This document shows positions 36,381 to 49,876 of a stretch of 64,000 bases of DNA, one piece after another (within the stretch, counting starts at the first letter, position 1; every line of letters begins with the position of its first letter). The position numbers were made by a program, and so were the translations under genes. The DNA comes from Blasia pusilla (lineage: Eukaryota). The notes beneath the pieces are model-generated. The model saw only the letters and a list, made by a program, of their open reading frames with translations. It had not been told where the DNA came from and did no database searches. The stretch spans positions 39,556,001-39,620,000 of the forward strand of contig CM114271.1 of NCBI GenBank assembly GCA_050084515.1, given 5' to 3'.

Positions 36381-38758
36381 TGGGGAGGAGCCCCTCCCCA
36401 TGCGAGTAGCCTCATGCCTTCTTGCTGTCCGAAGAAGAGGAAATTTTATGTTTTTCGATTGTCACACATCAAGTAAATAAAGGAGTGTCTCCAATCCAAA
36501 TCAAGAGGCACTCTCGATAAAAATATCAATTTTTCATAGAATAAAAAATTTTGAATTTATGTGCTTTACTCATGTGCATGGCATAGGTTTTATTTTTGTG
36601 TCCCCACTTTTTAATCTAATTTTTATGTAGTGGATTTAAGTCGAGTTTCCTTAGATAAGAAAAATGTTTTATTGTCGAAGGAGTTGTAGGTGAGAAGGGA
36701 GTGTTTATACATCTTGCATTCTCGATTCTATCCAAATTTTGACAAGGATTCCCTGCACATTCCTTCCGTATGAATTTCACACCTTTACAATACATCCAAT
36801 AAGCTTACTCCTATTGTCGCGAGACCTTCCCTTCACCATCCACTTTGCACTCTCAATCCTGTAGAAATTCAAGGTTAGACTCTCTTGAGCATCCCATGAG
36901 CCGTTGAAAGGGAAATTTCCTGTGCAATACAAATGATAAGAGGCACCTCTTCAAATTCCGCCCCAAAGCTCCAGCATTTTAGACATCTCTCCCATGGAGC
37001 TCCTCTCATTATGACTTTGTAAAATCTGAAATCAAAGCAAACATTTCTCTCCTTCTAGTTGAGAGAGTCCTCCTAATTCAAGAGATATCTTAGGGTTCAT
37101 TCATCTTGCTACACACACCCCCCCTTGTTCCCATGCCACTAGTATATAGCTTGTTAATTTATGAATCGGTTCGTGCTATCTTCTCCATTGTGAAATAAGG
37201 TACTGAATAACTCCTTGTAAGTGTTCAACTCATTTTACATTTTTCTTGTATCTCATGTGTATGATCTTGTTCTAGTTTGGTGTTACCACTCTTTCTTGTT
37301 CCAAGATCAATTAAGGTGTTTATCTGTATTCGGAGGTTGTGAGGGTGAAATTGTGTGGGGAGCTAGCATAGACATGGCCAGAAGACTCCTGCAGTTTATG
37401 ACAAGTTAGGTGTTGTGCTTGGTGCTCTTCCTTAGTAGTGTTTTTAGACCGTATGCTCTCCAAATTCTTATTATAAGGAACTAGGATAATAACAAGAAAG
37501 AAGTAATTTGGACGTTTTGAAGCATATCTTTTGAGTCTATTAACCATTCAAATATGTAGGGTTTAAGCAATACATTTTATGTTCTTATTGATTGTTGCCA
37601 TATTTCACTCGAGGAGTGGATTGTTTTAAGTTATTGAGTGTTCCCGAACATACACTTGAGGAACAGATTGTCTCGTAGTACAGACAACATATCTCCACCA
37701 CTTTGAAACTTATCCAAGTTAATTGACTTCTCTGACAGACCTACGCTTTGAAACCCAGGACTGCTAGCGATCCTCTTCCTGGTAGTTATGTTTCTTTATT
37801 TACTAGGTCTTTCAGTAAAGTTAGATTTTAAGGAGTCCCTTCCTTTATCACCCAGGCCCAGATTTGGCATTCTTGTACCTGTTCATGTCCTACTTTCCTT
37901 TCTTTTCGGAAACAAATGTTGTAGAGCTATCAATCACATCCAATTGGAACACAAAGCTTCATATGGACCAATTAAGTCGTGACAATTAAGGGGCAATCTC
38001 CTTCTCTGGGATTCAACATCTTTAGGTGTGATCCGAATGTTTCGCAAAACTGCACTCTCAGCATTGCCACCCTTTCACAGGGGAGTTACACTTTCGTTCG
38101 TCGCTGCTGTGGCCTCCGCAATTTCCGGGAAAACACTAGAACTGTGAGACCAAAAAGCAGAGGCAAGGACAATATTTAAGCCATTCCACTGCCAGATGTA
38201 TTCCGAAAGGAGAGAAACAAGAAATGAGAGAGTGCAGCCAGTGTACACACATATTTGCAGTGCTTGGTGGGGTTCCATCTGGTGACGGGACCCAAATGGA
38301 ACATTGGAGAGGATGTATGAAAGCCAGCTTTTCAGTGCCCATGGTAAGTACATTTTACTTGGAAAGAGAGCTCAGTATCACAAGCATTGTTGCATTCATT
38401 TAAGTGTTTATTGTTTCATCTTCACAATTGAAGTTACAAAATGCTGCTGAAGTCTCAACTTGAGTCCATCCCTACAAGACTCATTCTCCTGGGAATGCTG
38501 GCCGAAATAAATTCCACCAAGACACACCCACATGTATAACATAATCCCTAGATCACCCATAATAGATGGACTACACCAGTTGTATATTACAATAAATGGT
38601 CAGATCGGATGTTTAGTGTGGGAAGTGGGAAACACTGATAGACACTGCACTACTCCTCGATCCTCAGGTTATCATCATATCTGGATGGCCATGTTGGGCC
38701 AACCCAGTGCATAATTGTGCGTCAACAAATTCAGTAAATGGTTTCTACCATTATACTT

Positions 38759-41700
38759 CTACCTGTAAAATCTTCCTTGCAGATCACATGCGCCCTCGTG
38801 ACAGTTGAGTGCTCCCCATCTCAAATCAACACGATGACAAGGAAACTGTGCCTTACCCAAACTGTACACAAGCAGCATGTCAGGTATTTCTCCAACTCAA
38901 AGATATTCTTGCCGTTACTCATTCATTTCTTACTGTACTTGACATACTCTTTACATAGCAAACCAGCAAACTCACCAACTACAGTGGCTCTAGATCAAAT
39001 ATTCACAGATAGAAGAGGTATGATTACCTTCTGTTTACCACATTGTGCACTCGGCACATCCATTGTCCCAGCTGTTCTCCAGACTTTGCCTCGACAGGAT
39101 TTGCCCTATCAAGCCACAGAAGAGATCAACCCACTTTGGTAAACTACTCATGAAAAGGTGACAGACTCTTAGAAAGATGTAAGCATCACAAATGCTGACA
39201 TGTTTTGCCACAGTGCTTCCAACAACTTTAAATTGGTTAGTCGCTACTTGAGATTACACTTTGAATATCAAAATCTGTCGAGGATCCAGATTTTCAGGAG
39301 AGAGCACTTTTTCCATCCTCACGACCATCACTTGTTCTCAATTATAAGAAAACGACTTACTATTCTGTTTGGAAAACGAACCCCATTCTAGGCTACCAGG
39401 AGATGGGCAAAGACGGCTCATCAGTTTATTAACTTAATCACTCATCTGCTGTCATGAGAGATTCTGTGCTTCTTGAGTCGCAAGCCAATGTTAGATAAAT
39501 ACATTGAGAAAAAGGTTTCAGGCTTAACTAAGTGTCTGTTAAGGGAAATATCTATCGCTGCTACTCTTAGTGGTTCCCCACTTGGCCAAAGTGGCACCGT
39601 AATCCAGTAGGCTATTTGGTCTCTAGCCATCATCCAGACCAGTATATAGTCCGGGACTTGCATGAGAATTGGCTACGAAGTTCACCAAAAAGCTAATGAG
39701 CAGCCTTACTATCGCATCATTCATCACTTTAATCTTTCAAAAGGTTATGGGCCTGTATGGGAGTCACGATGGTTTTCACATTGGAGTTCAATGGTCTCGA
39801 TTGAAAGACTGGGAAAATCGCCTTCAGAGTCTTCTTGTTTTCAAGCGGCTCTGGGATGCAGTCACTAAATCAGCAATCACTTAAGCTGCACCAGAGCCTT
39901 TACCAATTCTAGCTCTGATACTGCGGACGAAGCATCCTTACCTCAATGAAATGTCCATACATATTCTTCATTAACTCAAATGAAAAGATTCTCCCATGCA
40001 GAATGGGGCTGCTGAGAGACTTAACCCTACTTTACAAGAGAAGGCAAGATTTATGCTCATCCTCATACATCTTCCTCAATCCTTTTGAGAGAGAAGCAAT
40101 TGCTACAGCCAATTATCTTCACAACCTCACTCTTACTCAGGCTCTTTCAACACCTTCTGAGGCCTTGACGGGTCTCAAACATATTCTTACTCATTTCCGA
40201 GAATTTAGCTGCCAAGCATTTGCTCTCATTCCAGCTGAGAGAAGAAGAAAGATGGATCTTACTGGAGAAGCGTGTATATTCATTGGTTCTAGATGCTATA
40301 AACTTTTATATCGCATCACCAAACGTATTTTTTCTTTAGCCAAGATATTGTTGTCAATGACGATACTCCTTTCCTTTTTCTTCTACTTTCCCTTCTTCCT
40401 ATTCTCTACTCTTTGATCATTGGTTATCTGTTCCACTAGAAAATTCTGAACTATTAACTGTTCCTAAAGCAGTGGGAGACACTGAAGTTCAGGCAGATTT
40501 TGAAATAGTGGGAGATATTTTGTCAATTACAGGTTACACTGTTTAGGACAAATTCGTGGGAGACCAGACTACTTTTCAACCTAGATTGCCTCACGAACAT
40601 CTATATTAGTACAAATTTAATTGCTGCCCGCTCAGACATTCTTATCTGCTCTTCTGTTCAACCTGATTCAATCACTAGAACAGAAACCCGGTCTAGATCA
40701 AATGCTCATGAATGGAAAACTTCTATGGAAACTGAGATTGCCTCTCTTCACCAAGAGTAAAACTTGGATTCTTATACCAAACCCCAAAAAGCGCAAGTTA
40801 TGCACCGATACTGTTAACTCTGTCTCTTGTGAATGGGTTTTCAAGATCAAATGTGTGAGAAATGCGGAATGAATTGAAATTGCGTTTGTACTCTCTGTGT
40901 TCTCTGTATTGATAGATTGAAAGCCGATACATAAGTAGTAAAGTCTGCTCTAAACTAAGAGCCGTAATCAAAAGACGTGACGGTAACTGTGTCACTTCAG
41001 AAATGTCTCATAGCTATGTATTGTTTCGCAAGATGAAACGTTACTAGCAGTAATCAATGGTCATAAACAGAACATTGATTCTAATCTAATCTAGATCGTT
41101 CGTATGGATTGATCCGTGTGATCAATTCTTGGATCAGTACTCTGATGATTTGTTTTGCTGGACTAATTGATTTCCTACAAAATGTTCCTCTAAGGAAGCA
41201 TTCTCAAGTACAACGACCAGTTAGTGGCAAAAGACTACTCACCAAAGGAAGGGATTGACAACAAAAAAACATTATCTCCTGTTATAAACATCACTTCTGC
41301 TCAGATGCTTCTCTACATTGCCACTGTTTGCAATGCTGACCTACATCCAATGGACATCAAGACTGCTTTTCTTCATGGTGACTAAAAAGAAACTATCTAA
41401 AGGCATCAGCGTCCAGGTATTGAGCTAACTGATCAAGGTCCACAGGTGTGCCTTCTCAAGAAAGCTCTATATGGCTTGAAGCAATCATCTCAAGCTTGGT
41501 ATCAAAAGATGGATGGGTACTTAACTTCTGCAGGGTTTCTCAGAACTGCTAATGATACTTGTCTGTACCACAACCAGTCTTCTACAGACCAATAACTTAT
41601 AGATGCTGTATATGTAGATGGTCTTGCTATTCTAGCAGATAATCTTATTCAACTACAATAAATGAAAATTCATATTGAAATCACTTTCGAAATGGTTGGC

Positions 41701-44700
41701 ATAGAAGAGCTTCTTCATTTGTTAAGACTTCAGGTGGTAAGAGACAGGGCACACAACAAGATTCCTTCGCATCAACAAACCTACGTCTGTGAGAAACTTG
41801 AAGAATGGCCGTCATAAAGTCTCTACCCCTTCTATGCCTGGGACAACATTGTCCAAGCCTACATGTGCTCCTACTAGTGATGACCTTTCTCATTTTCAGT
41901 AATGTCCATGTGTGCCAACAGTTGGAAGTCTTATCTATAAGCTTCAAACATGACTACCCCTGATATCTCTTTTACTGTGGGCCAGTTGTCCCACAGTAAA
42001 TACACGTCCAATTATTCCCTTGAACATTGACAAGCTGCTCTGCATGTACTTCGGTATTTGAAAGGAATTTCCACTGTGGGCATCATCTTTGAGGTTCCAC
42101 CCATGATTTTACTCTTCAAGCCTATCCAGATGCCAGTGTTACCTCCAGAAAGATGATAGAATCTTTCAGGATTTGCTCTTCTCATGGCAGGAAGCGGCAT
42201 TGGGCCTCAAGGAAGGAGACAGTTACTCCACATTCTACCACAGAAGCCAACTGTATAGCTCTGAGTGAAGCTATGCAAGAAAAACTACAGATTCGAGATC
42301 TACTGCTGAAATTGGTTTTCCACAGCAATATCCAACAATTCTTTATGAAGACTCTTCAATCAAGCTGCAACTTCTGCTCCAATTCCAAAGTCTGACATTT
42401 TCAACTCAAATTTTTCTTCATACTAGAACACATTCTACATCCATCTACAAGAATGTAGACCTTCAGTCCAAGTCCCTGATGTCCTCACCAAAAGCCTTTC
42501 TAAGGACAAACATTACATTTTGATTCGAATATTAAGAAGTGGGAGATATGACACCTTTCAAGTTGTCTGTTTTATCCTTATCCAGCTAGATATTTTGGCA
42601 CAGTGGGAGTGTTAAATAAATACATTTTAGATAAACGTTTCAGTCTTGACTAAAAGTCTGATAAGGGAACTATCTAAAGCTGCTACTCTTTGTGGCTCCC
42701 AACTTGGTCACTGAAGTGGCGCTGTAATCCAGTGAGCTCTTTTGTCTCTAGCCATCATCCACAGTAGTATATAGTGTTGAGATTGCAACTGTGAGATCAG
42801 GAACAAAAATTACTTTTCACTTTTTATTTTTACTATGAAAAGTTACTTTTATTATTCGTACGTAAGAATCTATTTTTGAAGGATTGTTAACTAATGCTTT
42901 AGGGTTTCCCAATAGCCTCCTTTAGTCCTCATTAGAAACTTTTATGGTTCAAGATAGCCAGGGGCTGTCATATAAGAACAAGAGGCTTACCAGAGCACTC
43001 TTATTCTCTCCCCTACTTTCCCCAGCTCCTGGACCTGCGAACTTCCTGACTGCTGCACCTCAGCTTGGGTGGCTGACCTATTGTGAATGAAGGAGTTGAT
43101 GTTTTGGAGGACCTACTACTGGAGGAGATAGTGCGCTGCCTGAAGAGGCATCAATAGTGTAGAGAGTCTCTTCTTCCTATAAGGAGGAAGTGGATGAGCA
43201 GTAGATCAATCAGATCTCTCTCATTGTTTTGTAAGAACAAAGTTTCCTTTTCCTATTCGACATCTGTGAAGCTATTCCATGTATCTGTAATCTGCTGTGA
43301 CTTCTTGAAACTTGGAGAAACAAATTAGCTCTGTCATCAAAGTCAGTATTTGTTTGCTTCTCATTTTGTATTAGTATGGGGCTTACATGAGAATTGTCTA
43401 CGAAGTTCCCCATAAAGTTCATAAGCACAGCTCTACTATCACATTACTCGTCTTTCTCATCTTCCACCAGTCAAGACCTCCAAAAACACAAACTCCCTGC
43501 CCTTACACCATCAAACTTTCTTCACAGCAAACAAAAGATAAGAGTGGGCACAGGTAATGGAGAATACTTTAGAAGCTCTTTGAAATGATCCGCACATTCC
43601 TTGCAAGGGTAGATTCTTGAGAGAATTCCCATCTGCAATCAGTCACATATTGTCCTTAAAAAAGGTTAGGCCCTTATCTCTTCACCAGATATCCAGAAGT
43701 CTTGAATTCACCTGAAAGCGACAATCTGGTGTGCACATTTCAAAGTAAGCATCCAGAAAGGGACTGCATAATTCTGATTGTTCATAGAATCCGCGAAGGA
43801 CTTACAAGCTCTTTCACATCACGTTGTTGTTGCTTTGTAGGCTGATCTGGAAACTACAAAGGTCAACAAATAAGGCAAGTACTCATGTACAGCAGCCGCA
43901 GTTAAGGAGAGATGAACAAACAGAGAAGGATTACACACTCCAGAGTTCAACGAATGATGGCAAACATCAGCATTCCAATATTACCGAAAGACCACACACA
44001 AGACATGGAAGTTTTAACCATTGGAGTGACTTGCAGTGTCGATGATAGTCACAATAACATGTGGTGAAGACTCCCTATTTGCTCCAAAAGTTTAGAGGAT
44101 TCGAAGTGACTTTTGCTGCACTCTGAAATCGAGGCCCATTTGTCCACACAGAAATCATTGCTTTCATGGAAAAAAATTTCTTACAGAACCAACACAGCTG
44201 CTCTTTAACAGTAGGCGGTTGCATGTGTCTCACACAAGTGAATCAGTACAGATACCTGGGCAGCGAGGGTGTGAAGAAAAGTCCATGTAACCCGACCCAG
44301 CTCCTCTCTAGACACTGCCAATCCGGAGATCACCTGGTGGACGATTACAAAAAGCACAAAGTAAGGTCCCTGTCATATTTTCAGGATCACGGGAAGGGAA
44401 TAGGGAAAACCTACCTCCCATGGAAAAATGAAGTAGACTCTCGACTCCATTCTACTGCTGCCACTTAGGAGAATATCCAAACAAAAAGGACACAAACTTA
44501 ACTAAAACAGTACATCCAACCTCTGAATTCTCCGATACATCATCTGGTGCCTCCTTGAAAAGGTCGAGGTTCGAAGTCCTCTCCATAGAATCTGACATTC
44601 TTCCTGGATCCTTATCACTCACCACAGACTCTGGTTTCAAACCCACCCCACCAACCTCGTCTGCACTGTCCACATCTGCTACTCGACCACTCTTGGAACC

Positions 44701-44982
44701 AATAGCCATCCTCCCATGCCTGGAGAGACTCAACCCAGCGAATGGAATAGTGATTCTTGCCAGTAAACTTGGATAAAGGCTTTCTGTCTCACTCCCACTT
44801 CTCTGTCTTCCGAACAGATTCTGGAGAAAAAGTTTGGGATTGTGTAATCCATGCGTGCCCACAAAAATACCACTGTTCGCCACGGACGAAGAGCCATTCA
44901 TATTGTCTGGCCTGCAGGAGTTACTCAGATTGGAGACCATGTGGTTGGAGAGATTCACCACTGCTTGCGCAAGGTCTTCCAT
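38759..44982 (-). CDS. ERV1: FAD-linked sulfhydryl oxidase ERV1 (Erv1/ALR family), about 277 aa; exons 44982-44521, 44333-44256, 43853-43806, 43632-43568, 39105-39028, 38861-38759
   Basis: The spliced product reads ..SREELGRVTWTFLHTLAAQ|FPDQPTKQQQRDVKEL|MGILSRIYPCKECADHFKELLK|ANPVEAKSGEQLGQWMCRVHNVVNRS|LGKAQFPCHRVDLRWGALNCHEGACDLQGRFYR*. It has the redox CxxC, structural Cx16C and plant C-terminal Cx4C. All junctions are GT..AG and in phase. The ORF track misses most exons. Confidence 0.93.
39489..43466 (+). mobile_element. Decayed, internally deleted Ty1/copia LTR retrotransposon in ERV1 intron 4
   Basis: 5' LTR 39489-39739 (TG..CA). 3' LTR starts at 42610 after a PPT AGTGGGAG and is split by an insertion of about 600 bp (42790-43385). 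Remnants of integrase (EAIATANYLHN, CIFIG), RT (WVFKIK, MDIKTAFLHG, LKKALYGLKQS) and RNase H (STTEA, DVLTKSL) in copia order. Confidence 0.85.
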
Positions 44983-46755
44983 AGGTCCAGGCTCTGCTCT
45001 ACCAAAGATTACTCTGTTCTTCCGCACAATCCAGTTTCACCACAGAAAGTTCGAAACCGTGTCTAATTATGCAGTCCTCCTCAAGAACCCTCCGTACCTG
45101 CAAAGTTGATGATTCTAAAACGACATCAGATAAACTGATTCAGCTGTTGCTCCCTCTCTCTGACTCTCTTTGGTTGGTCAGCTCCGCATTATTTGGGAAG
45201 GACGGCCGCAGGATCGTTTCTTTTGTCATTTATGACTCGTTTCTTGAAATTGCAGTCAGCAAAATCGAATTGGAGCACAAGCGTCATACGATTCTCGCAC
45301 AATCTGCCTCTACATCCTTTGGCGACCCTAACTATCCAAGGAAAGAGCAGATTTACCACGTTTCTGAGACGATTTTGGGTCCAGGCCTCTCTACCTCTAT
45401 TTCTCTCAATCTCTAGCAATCTCTCTTCACCTGGACACACATCTGGGATACGGATCAGGAGATAACATCAAATTTTAACCCTTAAGAACAAAATCTTAAG
45501 AACAGAGTCGAGACAAGTGCAAACGAGCTCAAAACGTACCAATCTAGAGTCTCCCCGTATCCCTCGCCTCCCGCTTGCTTCCCTCTCTTGCAACCTACGT
45601 CTGTACTCTCTATCTTCTTGTAGTCTCTTCTTCCGCTCTCCTCTCTTTCATTCATCTGCAAAGCAACAGTGGACATCGCTTCGGATCAAAGAAACATCTT
45701 CGACAAGGGAAGATCCGTGCACACATTGGGGTCGCCGGACGGGGTTGGTAGGAAGGTGTGCGCCTTCTATAGGAGCAGGAGAGAGGCCCACCGTGGCGAT
45801 TCTCCATAATAATCAGTCCTCACCGTCGGATCGCACCAGGACTACTGACACGAACATGTTAAATGTCCGAGGTTGCCGAAATAGACGGAAGCACGGTCTA
45901 GATCGCTCCTGGGAGTTTCACGACCGTCGCCGTAGTGGCCGATTCCCCAGCGCTGTGCCGTCCTTTCCCGGGAGACACCGAAGAAGCTTCGAGTATGGAG
46001 GCGCGGCATCACAGGTGTTTTGCTTGGGGCTGGGGCCCAGGGACCGACGCTGTAATCAACATGCTGAGAATGACGAGGGGATGGTCGCTTGACAGGTTTA
46101 ATGTGCACGAGCGATCTGGTGGATTGGGGTGGAAATGGTGGAATTGCCATACAGTTTGACCGGATTCGAAATTTGCTTCCTTTTCGGGCAAAAACACGCA
46201 CTCCCGGAAGAACTAGATTCTTGGGACAGGTTTGGAGGTACTTGAGTAACCGCTAAGACTGCCACCAGAGTCCACCATCTGCTGTGGCATGTATTATGTA
46301 TCCCATCGCCTACTCAGAAAACCGCAGTTCTTCGAAATCGGTATCTGGTCGGTGACAGTGGGTATTCCGTCGGCGGAATGGTTTGCAATCAGAGAGCGGC
46401 GTCGCGCGACAGAGACCTACACTTGAGGGGTTTGGGTTCAAATCTTCTTTGCGCGTGATGGGGCAGTTTCCGTGTCAGAATCTTACAAAAACACTTCGCA
46501 TGGCAGTAGCCAAGTAAAATGTGGACGCCGCATGCGCCCGACTGGCAGGCCGTCTATCTCTCTCCCCGGGGACTTCCCAACTTCAGAGTTCTCCCGCAGA
46601 TGAATTCCATTTCTTCGTCCTCTTTCTCACCTGCAAGCGATTACCAAGGCTATCTGGACGAAGAGCATCTTTCAGAGCGGCAGGTCATTGCTGCAGCGAA
46701 GTTAGCAACAAACTTCCCGTCGAGAGTCGGATGTCAGATACAGGGCAGGAAATAT

Positions 46756-46808
46756 GCGAGGCTAGGAATTGTATCAGGTTGACAACCTGATACAATTCCT
46801 AGCCTCGC
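46756..46808. repeat. Perfect 26-bp inverted repeat with a 1-nt spacer
   Basis: GCGAGGCTAGGAATTGTATCAGGTTG-A-CAACCTGATACAATTCCTAGCCTCGC. Confidence 0.97.
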
Positions 46809-47635
46809 CATGAGGTGAGAGAGAAACCTGCCAAGAACCTGATTCTAATGAGATAGTATAGAATAATTGTTTGGTTTAGGGATAATCTACAAGACTTTGT
46901 ACAGAATCTCCTTGACAACGACGACATCGAGGAGGGCCATTACAGCCGACTCTATGCAAGCCAAACAGGAAGCTCGAGCACTGGCGTCCGGCCTTACCAA
47001 GAAGAATCAATTCGAGTGAAGCGGTCGGAAACAGGTTCAAATATTGACAAAGGATGTCAGGGACGAACGGGAGATCGAGTTTGCTGAAAGAATCAAGAGA
47101 GTTGAGACCCAGAGGACATATCCATCTTTCATGGACTGATTCGACTTCGAGTCCATCAGAGTCTTGGCATCTAAAGAACAAGCTGGGTTCAGTGATGCAC
47201 TTCTTTCGACTCAGGAGACGCACCACACCTACTAGCATTGGTTGATACTACAGGAGCCTACCTGACTTATCATACGAGAGCAGGAGCCCCACACGGAGCA
47301 GATTTACCAAGTCTCGTTAGGAAATTCCTAACCTATACAGGGTTAGGTGCCTTGTCGATAGCATGACACACTGAAACTTTCAAACCCTTCCATCTGATTC
47401 CAGACACCTTGATCCCAAGAAGTCACCAACGACCATGATTCTCAGTCATGAATACCAATTACAGGACTGTACAACATTGATCGACAGTAGTGGACAGCCA
47501 CCAAAGTCAAAACACCAAATTTGCTCGCAGTGTGCCTGATATGAGAGGCTGCATCACCTGTCTGGGTCTCACTACTGGTTTCCTTCAGCTCATTACATTA
47601 TCCTCGGCCTAAACTGATGACAAACTTCCAGTTCA

Positions 47636-49876
47636 CTAGTCTGAGTTCTCTCCATCTTCCTTGTCTTCAGGATCATCACTTTCCTCATCATCCATCTCAT
47701 CCTCTTCCTCCTCATCCTCATCCTCCTCATCCTCCTCATGATTCTTCTTCTTGGCTGAACTGAGAACTACCGGTTGACCCTTCGACTCAGCAATATCTCG
47801 CTCCAGCTTTGCCATATTGGCAGCTCTTCGTTCCTCCTCTCTACGATCCTTTTCCTGGCGCCGTTTATCCAGTTCCACTCTGAAGAACCCAGGAGCAAAA
47901 CTTCTTAGCCCCAAAAAGGAAATGTAACAATTGCACATGCATAATTTCTAAGAAGCTGGAAATGGAAGGAAATGAATAGGCTTTGTGGAGCACTGTCAAC
48001 AGTACAGTCTGTTAAACACCTCCTGTTGCATGATACACTATCTATCGGCATTCAAAAGAATCGAGCCTATATAGGTTCCTTGTGGTCCGTAAATGCTCTT
48101 CCAGCATCCTTTGTAGAAATACAGCAGTAAACAAAGAGAAGAGTGCCATTAGCTCCATCCTTTCTAGACTGGCCGAATTCTTTATCATACCTGTAATTCT
48201 GCATGTACTCCTTTCCACAGTCTTCAATAGCAGCAAAAAAATCATCCATCCCTGCTCCAGTGATTGCTGACACCCCAACGGTGTGCAGGTTTTGGTAGAA
48301 CTCATCAAGCACTAAGCAGAGACTTCTGCTCAAATTAGATGTGTAGGATTTATCACTCTCCACAGCTGCTTGGAACTTCTCGAAGTCCTCCATCCACTGC
48401 AGGTCAGAAAAATACAAATCTCTCAGACACATTACTGCAAGTTCCCTCAAGAATTTCTCCTTGACGTGAAGTGAAACACATTCGACCACTCTCCAGAAGC
48501 AGTGCCTCCGCTGACTATTTTCTTCTTTCAACAATAAAACCGTACACGTTCGAAACAAGCGTTAACAGCTCTCTGGCACTATATGTCAGTTCAGAAGGAA
48601 CGAAGGTTCCACAGGACTCCGAGTCTCGAAAAGTCTTCCACACAGAGTCCAAAAACAGAGAACTGTTCACCGAAACTCAACCGAATACTATCACGAGCCC
48701 AGGCCCCATAATAATAAAATAAAGTGAAGGCTTTCCATGTTCCAAAACTAAGCCAGGGACCTAGATGTCATGGGCAGCGCCAGAGTTGTCCATTCGGGCA
48801 ACTTGTGTTGCAATTCGACATCTCGTTCCAATTCCTGACAGTTTACCTCAATAGCGAACCGATGCTGAGACACGTCAACCTTGTTGAAGGCAAGCAAAAG
48901 AGGTAGACGAGTCTTGTACAGAATGCCACATGCATAGAGCATGTTGCTCATGAATGTCACAGGACTTGTGGAGCGAGGAGTGTCAACCACATAAACAACC
49001 ACAGTTGGAAATGTTGAAGCAAAGGCTTCCGTAATAATTGCACCAGATGCCGACCATGTAAATATCTCTATTTGTCCTGGGGTATCGACAAGTACGTAGT
49101 CGAGCTCATGGGCTCTCTTTTCCACCAGCCCCACCACCTATCATAACGAGCAGCAAAAACCGTCAGACCCAGATGGTCTTAAGAAAACAAAACAAAACTC
49201 TATTTCAGCACGCTAGGAGCACGGCAAAGACAACCCGAGTTCAAAGCACACAATAAAAGTGTAATCTCTTCGATTTTCCGGTGATCCAAAGCTAGAACGA
49301 CGTGGACAGACGGACACCTCATCGAATTTGGTGGCGAACAAATTCAAGGAGGTGAGGATGCCCCCATTCGGCCCTAAATGATACTCCTTCATCACGTTCT
49401 TGTAATTGACTGTGTCTCGGATATCGATGTTTGCACCATAAGGTAGGGATGTCACTGCCGGGTCCAGATTCAACACGTAGCCTCGCTTGCTGCCGGACTG
49501 CAAGTGGGCTATGAGCCGGTGCATCAATGTTGTTTTCCCACTGCCTGTACGAAGAGGTGGAAACATTGAGCTTCTTACAATTTACACGACGACTCCATAA
49601 CCCTTTCCTCAAGGCCAGCTGCTGCATCCCCTTTCTCGAAATATAGTAAGTTCACTCAAAAACGAGAATGCACAGACACGTACCGGCCATCCCTATAACT
49701 ATTACGATAATAGGTTTCTTTGGGATCCCATCCCCCGCTGAGAGCTGCTTCGGCAGTTTCTCTGATGGAGAAGGTTTTCCATCCTCCGCTAGCGTCATTT
49801 TCGACAACGCCACCTTCGGCATCTCCTCCTCATCATCGGAGAGGTCCAAATTCGCGTCGGAATCGGACTCGCCCAT
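47636..49876 (-). CDS. GPN1: GPN-loop GTPase 1 (XAB1/Npa3 type); exons 49876-49684, 49544-49318, 49137-48847, 48396-48191, 47879-47636
   Basis: GMAGSGKTT P-loop across intron 1; [64 protein letters not shown]; acidic C-terminal tail typical of GPN1. Confidence 0.95.

Noticed and set aside
37650..38350. Exon-like plus-strand segments, and a minus-strand LPCERV resembling the ERV1 C-terminus
   Set aside because: The real ERV1 last exon is at 38861-38759. LPCERV is preceded by a stop and the plus-strand pieces give no recognisable protein.
45050..46250. ORFs upstream of ERV1
   Set aside because: Probably 5' UTR exon, intron and promoter sequence (acceptor near 45098, donor near 45539); no protein motifs.
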